This document shows, one piece after another, positions 27,758 through 36,591 of a stretch of DNA of 50,849 bases. The first letter of the stretch is position 1; the number at the start of each line of letters is the position of its first letter. A model generated the notes under the pieces. It was not told the DNA's origin, made no database searches, and was given only the letters and a program-made list of their open reading frames with translations. Made by a program: the position numbers and the translations under genes. Source of the DNA: a virus (taxonomy: Duplodnaviria; Caudoviricetes); IMG/VR virus record IMGVR_UViG_3300033156_000246, positions 1-50,849 of that record, one strand, 5' to 3'.

Positions 27758-28405
27758 ATGCTTTGTATGCTCAAAGATAAATACATAAGGAAATCAATGT
27801 TAATAGACTACTGGTATTGTCCACGTAGATTCAAGTATCGATGGATAGACAGGATTGAAAGAGAAACCTCCTATATGGCACATTTCGGTACAATGTTCCA
27901 CGAAGCAGCAGCACAGTATGCAATCAGCGGAACTGTTCCAGAAACTGAATACGATTTTCTCAACGAGTGGCTATCCAGACTTGTGGTGTTCGACGAAGTG
28001 TATTCGACAAACACGAAAATATACGCTGTAGAGCAGGAATATATCTCAGATGACTTAAAAATAAAAGGCACAATTGACCGCATAGATGTCTTCGACAATG
28101 GCACGTACAGAATCGTGGAATACAAAACTGGAGCTGGAGCAAACTTAGACATGTTACGGAGAGAACTGCACTTCTACTACCTGCTCTTTACCTCTGCTGA
28201 ACAGGACAAAGAAGTCAGCCTGCTTTGTGTCTTCAATCCCAGAAAGGAGCTGTACATCGAATTTACCCCCACCAAACGCATGGTCAACTCTGTGAAAAAG
28301 AAACTCAATCAACTGCGTAGCGACACCGAGTTTAAGATGAAATGGAACGAATATGTTTGCCCCAACTGTTCTTACTTCGACCTGTGTCTTGAGGAGGTGT
28401 TGTGA
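27758..28405 (+). CDS. PD-(D/E)XK nuclease, Cas4/RecB-like
   Basis: CPRRF, GTMFH, GTIDRID, IVEYKTG, C-terminal CPNCSYFDLC. Confidence 0.85.
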   Translation: MLCMLKDKYIRKSMLIDYWYCPRRFKYRWIDRIERETSYMAHFGTMFHEAAAQYAISGTVPETEYDFLNEWLSRLVVFDEVYSTNTKIYAVEQEYISDDLKIKGTIDRIDVFDNGTYRIVEYKTGAGANLDMLRRELHFYYLLFTSAEQDKEVSLLCVFNPRKELYIEFTPTKRMVNSVKKKLNQLRSDTEFKMKWNEYVCPNCSYFDLCLEEVL

Positions 28406-28562
28406 TGCAGGCTACACTTCTTGACTTTGGTTGTATTGTAGAGCCATATAGAATAGTGTATCCAAAGCCGTATTTGTGGAGAAACAAAATAAAAAGCATA
28501 CAGAAGAAGCTATCTGACTTTGGTATGGGGATAAAGACAAGGTCTCTGTGAGGTGACTATGG

Positions 28563-28889
28563 GTGACAGTAACATTCGATGATTTGTTAGATACTATGGT
28601 TGATATTGTTAAGAAAAGCAAAGTTCGTGCTAACGAAGAAAAACTGTATGCTGTTGGACAATACGCTATCGCAGTAGAGTGTATAGATAATGTTTGCTAT
28701 AGTGCATATGACATCGCAATACGTAAAATATCTGTAGATGACGTTGAGACAATAGCTCATGTATTATTGGCATACTGGAACGAAGATTCTGAATTCACAC
28801 TAACAAAAGTAAACATCTATTATTTCAAAGGACTGCTAAAATTTATGGATGAATACCTATCTTGTCGTGGAAATGAAAGCGGTGATTGA
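28563..28889 (+). CDS. Hypothetical protein
   Basis: GAGGTGA SD. Confidence 0.6.
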   Translation: MTVTFDDLLDTMVDIVKKSKVRANEEKLYAVGQYAIAVECIDNVCYSAYDIAIRKISVDDVETIAHVLLAYWNEDSEFTLTKVNIYYFKGLLKFMDEYLSCRGNESGD

Positions 28890-29520
28890 TTCTCGTGAAC
28901 CAGAGTTCTGGAAACAGCAGTTTTCAAAAGCATTCACAAAGAGAGGTTACAAAGTTGACATCAGAGCACTTGAGTTCGGGGATGTGTTAACTAACAATGC
29001 CATAGTAGAGCGTAAGACTGTTTTTGATTTTTTAAATTCCGTTATAGACAACAGATTGGATAGACAAATGAATGGCATTGTTCTGACAGCAGAGAATGAG
29101 GAGAAAGTTCCAGTCTTGTTGTTGCACGGTAGATACTACGACCTGCAAGATGTGATTTGTAACATAAGTAACAATCCACAAAAACTTCTAGAGTTGTTTC
29201 ACGGAGCTATTGCATCGGTTTTATGCAGGTACAACGTCGTGGTTTTGTGGATAGAAAATGACTCAGATGCAGCAGAAGTTCTTGTCAGATTGGTTTCCAA
29301 GATAGACGAAGAGAAGTACCTCATGCCCAGAACCAAAGATAGAAAGTTGCTCCTTGCGAGGTTACTGGGTTTAACCACACGTCAAGTGAGGGAGTTAGCC
29401 AAGCAGTGTGGTTCTGTTTACAACATAGTCAATGCAGACGATAAAGTATTTCTTGGTGTTAAAGGTATAGGGAAGAAAAGGTTAAGTAACATAAAGAAGA
29501 CACTTTTCGATAAGCTTTAA
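28873..29520 (+). CDS. ERCC4/XPF-family structure-specific nuclease with HhH
   Basis: IDSRE, LEFGD, VERKTVFDF, VKGIGKKR. Confidence 0.88.
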   Translation: MKAVIDSREPEFWKQQFSKAFTKRGYKVDIRALEFGDVLTNNAIVERKTVFDFLNSVIDNRLDRQMNGIVLTAENEEKVPVLLLHGRYYDLQDVICNISNNPQKLLELFHGAIASVLCRYNVVVLWIENDSDAAEVLVRLVSKIDEEKYLMPRTKDRKLLLARLLGLTTRQVRELAKQCGSVYNIVNADDKVFLGVKGIGKKRLSNIKKTLFDKL

Positions 29521-29533
29521 AGGGGTGATGTAA

Positions 29534-29734
29534 GTGGATTGGGATGATGGTTTAGTGGTCGGTATCGCCATCATCATTCTGGCAGTGGTAGTAGCCTGTG
29601 CAGTATGGATAGTTGGTTCAGCATTTGAGATACTATTAGGTGCAAGCTGGACTTTGCAACAGAAGGTTGTTGTTGGTGTGGGACTTATGATACTGGCAAG
29701 CCTTGCAGGTGCTAATGTGAATATGAACAAGTGA
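29534..29734 (+). CDS. Two-TM membrane protein
   Basis: Hydrophobic helices; GGGGTGA SD. Confidence 0.6.
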   Translation: MDWDDGLVVGIAIIILAVVVACAVWIVGSAFEILLGASWTLQQKVVVGVGLMILASLAGANVNMNK

Positions 29735-29743
29735 GGTGGTCAG

Positions 29744-30094
29744 TTGCAAGACTATGAGCTATTTGGTCTATCTGAAGAGAGAGGAGTAGAAATAACTGCA
29801 AAAGTGTTGTATTTCATGGTTCAATACGACCCAACAAGTGTAGCTAAGATACTGACCAAAGAGTTCTCTGGTGATGAGCTACACTATGCTATGTTCACGT
29901 ATGGCTACTGGGTTGGATTGTTCAACAGTGGTGAGTATGCACCAGCCGCAGAGAGACTGTACGATGACATAAAGGTACTTGTAATGGTCGGCAATTGCGA
30001 TTACAAAGTGGTTGAAGAGTATATAAAGAACCTGTTCTCCACAGAGAACGATGAAGATGATAGCATAGGTGGAAATATGGACTACATAATGTGA
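29744..30094 (+). CDS. Hypothetical protein
   Basis: GAGGTGG SD, TTG start. Confidence 0.6.
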   Translation: MQDYELFGLSEERGVEITAKVLYFMVQYDPTSVAKILTKEFSGDELHYAMFTYGYWVGLFNSGEYAPAAERLYDDIKVLVMVGNCDYKVVEEYIKNLFSTENDEDDSIGGNMDYIM

Positions 30095-31272
30095 TACGTA
30101 TGATTTACGATGAGATTATTGATGAGCTACGCTCACGCAGTGTTTACAGGTGCGAGACATATGCACCGTACTTCATAGCGTCGATGGCTACTCACCTTTT
30201 CAATTTATACAACAGAGAGAAGCGGGTGTATTATGAAGCTGGCAGAGTGCCATCGTTGAGAGCACACATATTGTTTGTAGCTCCACCGGGTGGAATGAAA
30301 AGCTTCTACTTAGAGCAGTTTCTCAGAGACGAGTACAGCATACTGAGAGACACAGGGATACCGTTTGGTTTTGAAAAGAAGATGACTGAAGCCGGTTTCG
30401 TAGGCAAAATTGAGACGTTCAAAGCATATGGTGAAACTCATTCTAAGATAGTCTATGGTGCTGCAAAGGAGTATGACAAAGGCATAATTGGCTGTGAGGA
30501 GTTTGCAGGCATTACTGCAGCGTTTAAACAAAACTATGGAGCTGGTCTTGAAGACCAACTCCTAACAGCGTTGGATAGTGGTCATATCGAAAAACGTGTT
30601 GGTGATGATAGCATCAAATACAACACTCAGTGCACTCTTTGGGCTGGTACTCAACCAACGAGGATTGATATAAGCTCAGGACTTGGTAGACGATTCATGT
30701 TCCTGCTGTTCATTCCATCAGACAAAGAACGAGAGGAGCTACTGCAACACTGGTGGGAATCAAAGAACAAAAGACCAAACACCAAAAATCTGTTCAGACT
30801 ACGAGAACGCATCTCACGGTTTAGTGAAATGCTCAAAGTGATCAAAAGAATAGATTTTGATGACAACATCCTCAAGTTCTACATGAAGAATGGCATACAG
30901 CCGTATGAAGGGAGCTACTTGGACAGATTACTCATCGGCTATACACTCTCTCGCTATGGTGTTAGTGAAACCGTATACATCACAATAGATAGCAATGAGC
31001 TAAAGCATTTGCTGAAGCAACAGATGGTCTGGAGAGAACAAATAGGATTCGGTGCTGACCTGATGCAGATATACTACATTCTCAAGAAAGACAGTGAGCA
31101 CGATTACACGTTAGAACTGAAAAAGCTGTATAGATTGATCACAAAGATGGGTATTGATATTGAAAGTGCCAACAAGTTCATTGCTAAACTGGCTCAGCTT
31201 GGTATTGTGAAGCGTTCAGGAGCGACGATAAGTCTGGTACATGACATGTGGGATGATAGTGAGGTGATGTGA
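30091..31272 (+). CDS. MCM-like AAA+ helicase (divergent, no N-terminal domain)
   Basis: HILFVAPPGGMKS, TEAGFVG, GIIGCEEF, LLTALDSG, GLGRRF, C-terminal wHTH-like region. Confidence 0.7.
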   Translation: MIRMIYDEIIDELRSRSVYRCETYAPYFIASMATHLFNLYNREKRVYYEAGRVPSLRAHILFVAPPGGMKSFYLEQFLRDEYSILRDTGIPFGFEKKMTEAGFVGKIETFKAYGETHSKIVYGAAKEYDKGIIGCEEFAGITAAFKQNYGAGLEDQLLTALDSGHIEKRVGDDSIKYNTQCTLWAGTQPTRIDISSGLGRRFMFLLFIPSDKEREELLQHWWESKNKRPNTKNLFRLRERISRFSEMLKVIKRIDFDDNILKFYMKNGIQPYEGSYLDRLLIGYTLSRYGVSETVYITIDSNELKHLLKQQMVWREQIGFGADLMQIYYILKKDSEHDYTLELKKLYRLITKMGIDIESANKFIAKLAQLGIVKRSGATISLVHDMWDDSEVM

Positions 31273-31547
31273 TGGGTTATACGGTTTTGAAGTTTACAGC
31301 TACGTGGTGTATGCCGTGCAGGTTGCTGGACAAAGAGATTGATGAGATAAAAGATGAGTATGATTTTGAGCTGGAGAGTATCGACATAGAGAGAAATCCA
31401 GATATGGCATTGAAGTACTCCGTGACAACTGTACCAACAGTGGTCATACTGAAAGACGGAATACCCATCGATAGAGTAAATGGCTACTCTAACCTGTCAG
31501 ACTTTAAACGGTGGTTAACAAGCCATGTCCCCAAGAAGTCTGAGTGA
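31272..31547 (+). CDS. trxA: Thioredoxin
   Basis: FTATWCMPC, VPT. Confidence 0.9.
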   Translation: MGYTVLKFTATWCMPCRLLDKEIDEIKDEYDFELESIDIERNPDMALKYSVTTVPTVVILKDGIPIDRVNGYSNLSDFKRWLTSHVPKKSE

Positions 31548-31821
31548 TCCAGAGAGAACAATACAATGTCCAGTGTGCCAACGAAGATTTAAGAACATAT
31601 GGAGTCTACGAATACACTTTAAGAAGGCTCACCACAATCAAGGGCAGTGTCCTCGCTGTGGTAAAGTGTTCAAAGACCTGCCCAAGCACTACCGCAATGC
31701 TGCATTTAGAACAGGTGATATACTGTACAAAACACTCTACGTGCTGACAGTGAAGAAGACAAGAGGAATACCATCAGAATGGTTAGACCAAGTGGAAGAA
31801 TACCTTACTGTCAAGGAGTAG
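31525..31821 (+). CDS. Double C2H2 zinc-finger protein
   Basis: CPVCQRRF...HFKKAH, CPRCGKVF...H. Confidence 0.8.
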   Translation: MSPRSLSDPERTIQCPVCQRRFKNIWSLRIHFKKAHHNQGQCPRCGKVFKDLPKHYRNAAFRTGDILYKTLYVLTVKKTRGIPSEWLDQVEEYLTVKE

Positions 31822-31823
31822 CA

Positions 31824-31940
31824 TACACATCTAATCTTAGCCGTTCTCATCAACTTTTTTGTTGCACACGTGTAAAACCATTAGGTCAAACCGCAGACGA
31901 GATGAGAGGTGGGTTATATTGCATCTGAGAGGCTTCTGGC
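31824..31940. repeat. Dispersed quasi-symmetric element, copy 6, at convergence of both arms
   Basis: CTAATCTTAGCCGTTCTCATCAACTTT ... TTATATTGCATCTGAGAGG. Confidence 0.8.
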
Positions 31941-32127
31941 AGATGGTTGAAACCGCAGTTTGCAGCAGGTATACTGAGTTTAAAAAATACTATCTGGAAC
32001 AATGGCTATATGTGTTGCCAATACGCAAAGTCGTAGCAGAAGTTACATTCCATTTGGTTATGAGTCTTGCAGTTTGGAGCTGCATTGTTCACATCACTGT
32101 GGGGGTGATAAAGTGTATGCTGTGCAA

Positions 32128-32397
32128 CTAACGAATATAGTTTGCTACTTTTTTATCATCTTCTTCTGCTTTGAACAGGTAATATCCACGTTGATACATG
32201 TGAAAAGACCATATCACGATAAGCTCTTCTATTGTGTTGCACGAATCGATTAGCTCTTCCATGTCAATCTCTTCTTTCTCTGTTATTTTGTCAAGCAACC
32301 ACTGGTTACCATTTTCGATAAACTCATCTGCGTAACGTGTACCTTTGCGTATGCACTTTTTCATTAAAGATTTAAGATAAGATAGGTCACAGGACAT
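32128..32397 (-). CDS. Hypothetical protein
   Basis: GGAGGTCA SD before ATG 32397. Confidence 0.55.
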   Translation of the reverse strand: MSCDLSYLKSLMKKCIRKGTRYADEFIENGNQWLLDKITEKEEIDMEELIDSCNTIEELIVIWSFHMYQRGYYLFKAEEDDKKVANYIR

Positions 32398-33214
32398 TTT
32401 GGATGACCTCCACACGACTTTGTTCGGGGTAGATTTGGACTAAAGGAGAGCCAATTATCAGAGGTTTAAGCAGTTTCCTCTCCACGTAGGATGAGTCTCC
32501 ATTTTCATACGCTCTCAGGTAGCCACCAGTTACCACAAATGTTTTTTCTTTGGTCACCAGTTTACCAGCTTTGTTGACGCCGAAGGTAACAGACTTGGTT
32601 GATATGAGGTCATGAAAGTGTGCTTGCAGGTATATGTCTGCATCAGCTATTTGGGCAAGCTCTTCCAGTTTGCGTACCCTTCCTTGTCTGGTCGATACGT
32701 TAGCTCCACCGTGGACAAGGAACATGGTGTATGATTCATAGTGTGTGCTGCGTTTAAAAGACAGATAAAGCAGTGCTGTCATTCCCATGTATGCTGCACC
32801 AAGCTGTTTGGCTATGTAGCGGGAGATGTCTATCTGGCACTTTTGACGCAGTTTGTCTTCGTGGTTGCCAGTCAGCACACCTATGCATGTGTCTTTGTAT
32901 GGGAGTAAACAATCCACGATTGTGTCCGCATGGTCAAGGATAATATCACCAAGAGAAGAGTTGCGGTAGTCAAATCTTGGGTCAGTTATTACAATGGAGT
33001 CAATCACGTCACCCATCAAGCACCAGTATGTGTTCTCGTTGTCAAGCACTTTTACTGCCCTTTTAAAGGCGTCAAAATCGCACAGGGTAGAACCGTAGTG
33101 CAAGTCACCTAATGGCAGAATAGAAATGTAATCACTTGGTGTGCTATATTCAAATGAAACTTTACCAGTGTACATTATATCATCTGTGTTCTTGTTAGAT
33201 ATAAAATTATCCAA
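32387..33214 (-). CDS. Calcineurin-like metallophosphoesterase
   Basis: GDLHYG, MGD, GNHE, HGG, AHFH; start uncertain. Confidence 0.88.
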   Translation of the reverse strand: MDNFISNKNTDDIMYTGKVSFEYSTPSDYISILPLGDLHYGSTLCDFDAFKRAVKVLDNENTYWCLMGDVIDSIVITDPRFDYRNSSLGDIILDHADTIVDCLLPYKDTCIGVLTGNHEDKLRQKCQIDISRYIAKQLGAAYMGMTALLYLSFKRSTHYESYTMFLVHGGANVSTRQGRVRKLEELAQIADADIYLQAHFHDLISTKSVTFGVNKAGKLVTKEKTFVVTGGYLRAYENGDSSYVERKLLKPLIIGSPLVQIYPEQSRVEVIQNVL

Positions 33215-33471
33215 TTGGCGATAATTTGTATTATCAATATGATCAAGCTTATCTTCAACCCTCTCAGGGAGTTATCCATCTCCTTGTGCCACTCCAGATG
33301 GTGCTGCAGTTTCTCAGATAACACGCCAACATTCACCTCCACTTTGGTCAGTCTATCATGGTCGTCGGAAACGTGTTTCTCAAGCTTGTCCACTCTTTTA
33401 CCCAACTCATTCTGCACTGCTGTCAACCTACCAATATCACCGTTATACGACTTGGTCTCACCCATAACCAA
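33175..33471 (-). CDS. Coiled-coil protein with C-terminal TM (lysis-associated candidate)
   Basis: Heptads then IILIIQIIANWIILYL. Confidence 0.55.
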   Translation of the reverse strand: MVMGETKSYNGDIGRLTAVQNELGKRVDKLEKHVSDDHDRLTKVEVNVGVLSEKLQHHLEWHKEMDNSLRGLKISLIILIIQIIANWIILYLTRTQMI

Positions 33472-33473
33472 CC

Positions 33474-33779
33474 CTACCAGAACATGATATACTCCAACCT
33501 GTCTGATGGGATTATCTGAGTCTCACCGTTGCTGTAAGTGAGCTCTATTTCTCTTTCATATATGCCATATAGATTCGATGTATCCGTCCAGTCGTGCATT
33601 ATTTTGCCATTGCTGGCATCCACTATTGTGCAAGACCCCGAATATGCTACTTCACCAGTAGATATATCTGTGAGCTTTATTGTTATGTCAGAGACGTCAG
33701 TTAAATCCAGAGGAGTGTTGTCATCCCATGTCAATTCTATGACCATTGGAACATTTGTGCCCCTTCTTATTTTAATCAT
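33474..33779 (-). CDS. BppU-like baseplate upper protein domain
   Basis: IRRG, PLDLT, DASNGKI, YEREIELTY..G..QIIPS. Confidence 0.7.
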   Translation of the reverse strand: MIKIRRGTNVPMVIELTWDDNTPLDLTDVSDITIKLTDISTGEVAYSGSCTIVDASNGKIMHDWTDTSNLYGIYEREIELTYSNGETQIIPSDRLEYIMFW

Positions 33780-33793
33780 ATCCTAACATCACC

Positions 33794-34864
33794 TCACTTA
33801 GGTCTGGATTTTGTCTCCACACGACCAAACATAGACCTGACACCTCTACTAACGAGTGAGGATAAACTCCCCTTTCTGACAAACGACGATATTCCCCCTC
33901 GTATATAGTACAGTCCACGTCTCCAAGCACTGTCTATTATATTTATGACCTCACTGAGTGTCCTCTTGACACTTTTGGATGTGCTGTCAACGATGTATAT
34001 GGTTTCTGTTAGTAACAGTTTAAGTTCTAATCTTGAAACGAAGTTATCAATCAAGTTTACTATGTCGTCAAGGTATTTGATTGTACTCCTTTTGATGTTA
34101 TCTGCTAAACTTATACTTTCTACAATAAGCCTCTGCGATTGCTTGTAAATGCTATCAGACACGTTTATTACTTCATCAAATAGTCTCGATGTACCTTTCA
34201 CAACGCTATCGCTCAGAGCCAATGTATCTGCGAGATACTTAGTTATGTTCTTGCCAACGATGTTGTCTACCAAATTGATGCTCTCAGTAAGTTTCAGAAA
34301 TTGCTTAGTAAAGTTGAAGTCCAAAATGTTGACCACTTCCAGTAGATTCTTAGTGGCATTCTTGGCTACTGTGTCAATAAGTGTGAGTGTTTCTGTAACT
34401 AAATGTCCAATGTTTTTCACTGTAGTGTCTGAAAGAGTTATGGTTTCACGTATTAGTTTAGAGCCACTCTTTGTAGTCGTATCGATAATGCCTATTGACT
34501 CGGTTAAAGTGAGTATATAACCTCTGATGTAAGACAATGTATCAGATAGATTAATTGACTCAGCGATGAGTTTGTTGCAAGACTTAATCAGACCATCTGC
34601 TACACCAAATACTTCTGCAAGTAATTTACCTGGTGACCTGGTTAAAGCGTCAACAACACCAATATCTTCGGAGAAAAACCTGCTTGTGATTTTAGAAGTG
34701 CTATCTATGATGTTTATTGTCTCAGCAAGTATATGTTTGAATATTTGTGTACCTATGACTTTGAGACCAATTGATGTATAACCAATGTCTTTAAAGACAA
34801 AGTGCCCTCTACTGTTTACATCTACTGTTTCAAATATGTAATTGCCTTTGCTGTCAAACTTCAT
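33794..34864 (-). CDS. Repeat-rich virion (fibre-like) protein
   Basis: ~18-aa repeats of L.E.I.(I/L).D. Confidence 0.65.
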   Translation of the reverse strand: MKFDSKGNYIFETVDVNSRGHFVFKDIGYTSIGLKVIGTQIFKHILAETINIIDSTSKITSRFFSEDIGVVDALTRSPGKLLAEVFGVADGLIKSCNKLIAESINLSDTLSYIRGYILTLTESIGIIDTTTKSGSKLIRETITLSDTTVKNIGHLVTETLTLIDTVAKNATKNLLEVVNILDFNFTKQFLKLTESINLVDNIVGKNITKYLADTLALSDSVVKGTSRLFDEVINVSDSIYKQSQRLIVESISLADNIKRSTIKYLDDIVNLIDNFVSRLELKLLLTETIYIVDSTSKSVKRTLSEVINIIDSAWRRGLYYIRGGISSFVRKGSLSSLVSRGVRSMFGRVETKSRPK

Positions 34865-34982
34865 ACTAGGTTATATAAGACCTTGACAAGCCAATATGGT
34901 GCTGGTGAACTGAGTTTTGAAACTATCTCGTCTACTGTGTTACCATCTGTCTTTAGAAATCTAATCTCCTCTAAAAGCGTCA

Positions 34983-35315
34983 TTAACCAACCACCTCTTC
35001 TATGTTCATACCAGTCAGCTCCTTAAATCTACCTGCTATGTCTACAAGCTGCTTCATCAACGTGGGCTGTGCTATGGGGTCTGTGAGCTGTGACTTGACT
35101 TCGGTATACTTTGCTATCAACTCCCTTGCCTGTTGCTCTTCATCGCTGTAATCTTTCCAGACTACGAACACTTGATTTGACTCTAAATTGACTCTTATCT
35201 CTGTCAAAGGATACTGAGCCTCAGATAGCTCTCTGAGCTGCTTCTCATATCCACAAGCCACATTCACTACTTCATTCACCACATCTCCAACAACTTCCTT
35301 ACTTTCCGTTCTCAT
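34983..35315 (-). CDS. Hypothetical protein
   Basis: GAGGTGA SD. Confidence 0.6.
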   Translation of the reverse strand: MRTESKEVVGDVVNEVVNVACGYEKQLRELSEAQYPLTEIRVNLESNQVFVVWKDYSDEEQQARELIAKYTEVKSQLTDPIAQPTLMKQLVDIAGRFKELTGMNIEEVVG

Positions 35316-35335
35316 TATTCATCACCTCTTTACGA

Positions 35336-36439
35336 TTAGAAACTTAACACCTGAGGAGTCCCAAAGTTGGCAGGGTCGGTGAACTTTGCGACTGCTATAA
35401 AATCAAACTTCATGTGTCCGCTTTGATATGCTGTATTATAATCACCTACACCATACTGCAGTTGAATGCTTGTTAAACTTGTCGAGCCTTGTTCATCCCA
35501 TTCTGGGCGTTTCCATCTGAATAGCTGATTGGGAATGAAGATTTCCTCGCTAATCTGCCACACATCTGTATTTGCCGTTATACCAGTCCAATTGCTTTGC
35601 CAAACTAGTTGGATAGTAGGTTCAGTTGACTTATCAAAGACTCCACAATCAGAGCCAAATGGGTTCTGGTTAGCCTGTGAGCTGATATAACGGTTTCTCG
35701 TCTTGTTAGCTGAATCGAAAGTGCTTAAGTCCATCACCTTAGCTCTAACTATTATCGGATAATCAAAAGATTGAATGCTCTTTATCCACACTGCACCTCC
35801 GTTTCCGTATAGTTCCAAAATGCTATTGTCAACTTCTAACCGCCAATCTCCAGCCGTTCCACCATATTCCCATTTTGTTGTATCTAACTCGCTTCCTTCG
35901 AAATCATCAAAGAACTCGAAAACCTGCTCTACATTTTCATAACTACTCTTTGTCGCACTCGGATTCATATAAGCGATGTTCAGCTCTGTTGAGCCTGCTT
36001 CCACCTTTACCCATATTGTTGCTTGTTTGCTATCAAAGTCAAAGTTATCTATCCAAAAATACAGTTGAGACTTGGCTTCATCGAATGCTCTAATATCTGC
36101 TCCATCCGTTTTAACGTTAGCCCAAAAATCAGATGCCACGTCACCTTGTGCTTTCTGTGTACCATCCGCTGAATATACAGTAACATTAGTAGAGTCGATT
36201 TCGATTTTGTACTGTGCATACTCAGATGGTGAAGTCATAATTGGGATGTTGATGTATTTCGTCCATGCTCCACCACCATCGTTATCAAAACCTGTGTAAC
36301 CAAGCACACCAAGAGAAATCCACTGTGAACCATTGTAATATTTCAACTTCTTCTCTGACGAATCGTAGTACAATCTACCTTCCACAGCCGTTGGTTCATC
36401 AACTGGTGTCAGGTCTTCATAGCTTGTTTGTACTGGCAT
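35336..36439 (-). CDS. DUF2341-like domain adhesin/receptor-binding candidate
   Basis: VKTDGADIRAFD, LYFWID, IWVKV, FEFFDDFEG, lectin-like C-terminus. Confidence 0.75.
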   Translation of the reverse strand: MPVQTSYEDLTPVDEPTAVEGRLYYDSSEKKLKYYNGSQWISLGVLGYTGFDNDGGGAWTKYINIPIMTSPSEYAQYKIEIDSTNVTVYSADGTQKAQGDVASDFWANVKTDGADIRAFDEAKSQLYFWIDNFDFDSKQATIWVKVEAGSTELNIAYMNPSATKSSYENVEQVFEFFDDFEGSELDTTKWEYGGTAGDWRLEVDNSILELYGNGGAVWIKSIQSFDYPIIVRAKVMDLSTFDSANKTRNRYISSQANQNPFGSDCGVFDKSTEPTIQLVWQSNWTGITANTDVWQISEEIFIPNQLFRWKRPEWDEQGSTSLTSIQLQYGVGDYNTAYQSGHMKFDFIAVAKFTDPANFGTPQVLSF

Positions 36440-36443
36440 ACTA

Positions 36444-36590
36444 TCACCCAGTATACTTTACTTCTTTCCACCCACTACCATCACAGTACTTTAACTTCTT
36501 TTCGGAGTTGTCATAGTAGACTCTACCTTCAACAGGTTCAGGTGAACTATCCAACGGAATAAAATCAATATATGACTTCTTAATTGGCAT
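36444..36590 (-). CDS. 48 aa paralog of the N-terminal module of the downstream adhesin (not in ORF track)
   Basis: MPIKKSYIDFIPLDSSPEPVEGRVYYDNSEKKLKYCDGSGW vs MPVQTSYEDLTPVDEPTAVEGRLYYDSSEKKLKYYNGSQW; AGGTGA SD. Confidence 0.75.
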   Translation of the reverse strand: MPIKKSYIDFIPLDSSPEPVEGRVYYDNSEKKLKYCDGSGWKEVKYTG

Positions 36591-36591
36591 A

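Noticed and set aside
27758-28405. CRISPR adaptation module
   Set aside because: Stand-alone Cas4-like nuclease in a recombination context; no cas1/cas2 or array
1465-31940. Dispersed repeats as a CRISPR or mini-CRISPR array
   Set aside because: Copies are kilobases apart and degenerate; the gaps between boxes are ~60-70 bp and partly homologous between copies, unlike spacers
31859-32253. ORFs 31859-32131 and 32002-32253
   Set aside because: The first overlaps repeat copy 6 and the second overlaps the convergent gene; weak starts, not supportable
35336-36590. Diversity-generating retroelement TR/VR pair
   Set aside because: No reverse transcriptase; the duplicated part is N-terminal and differences are not adenine-specific
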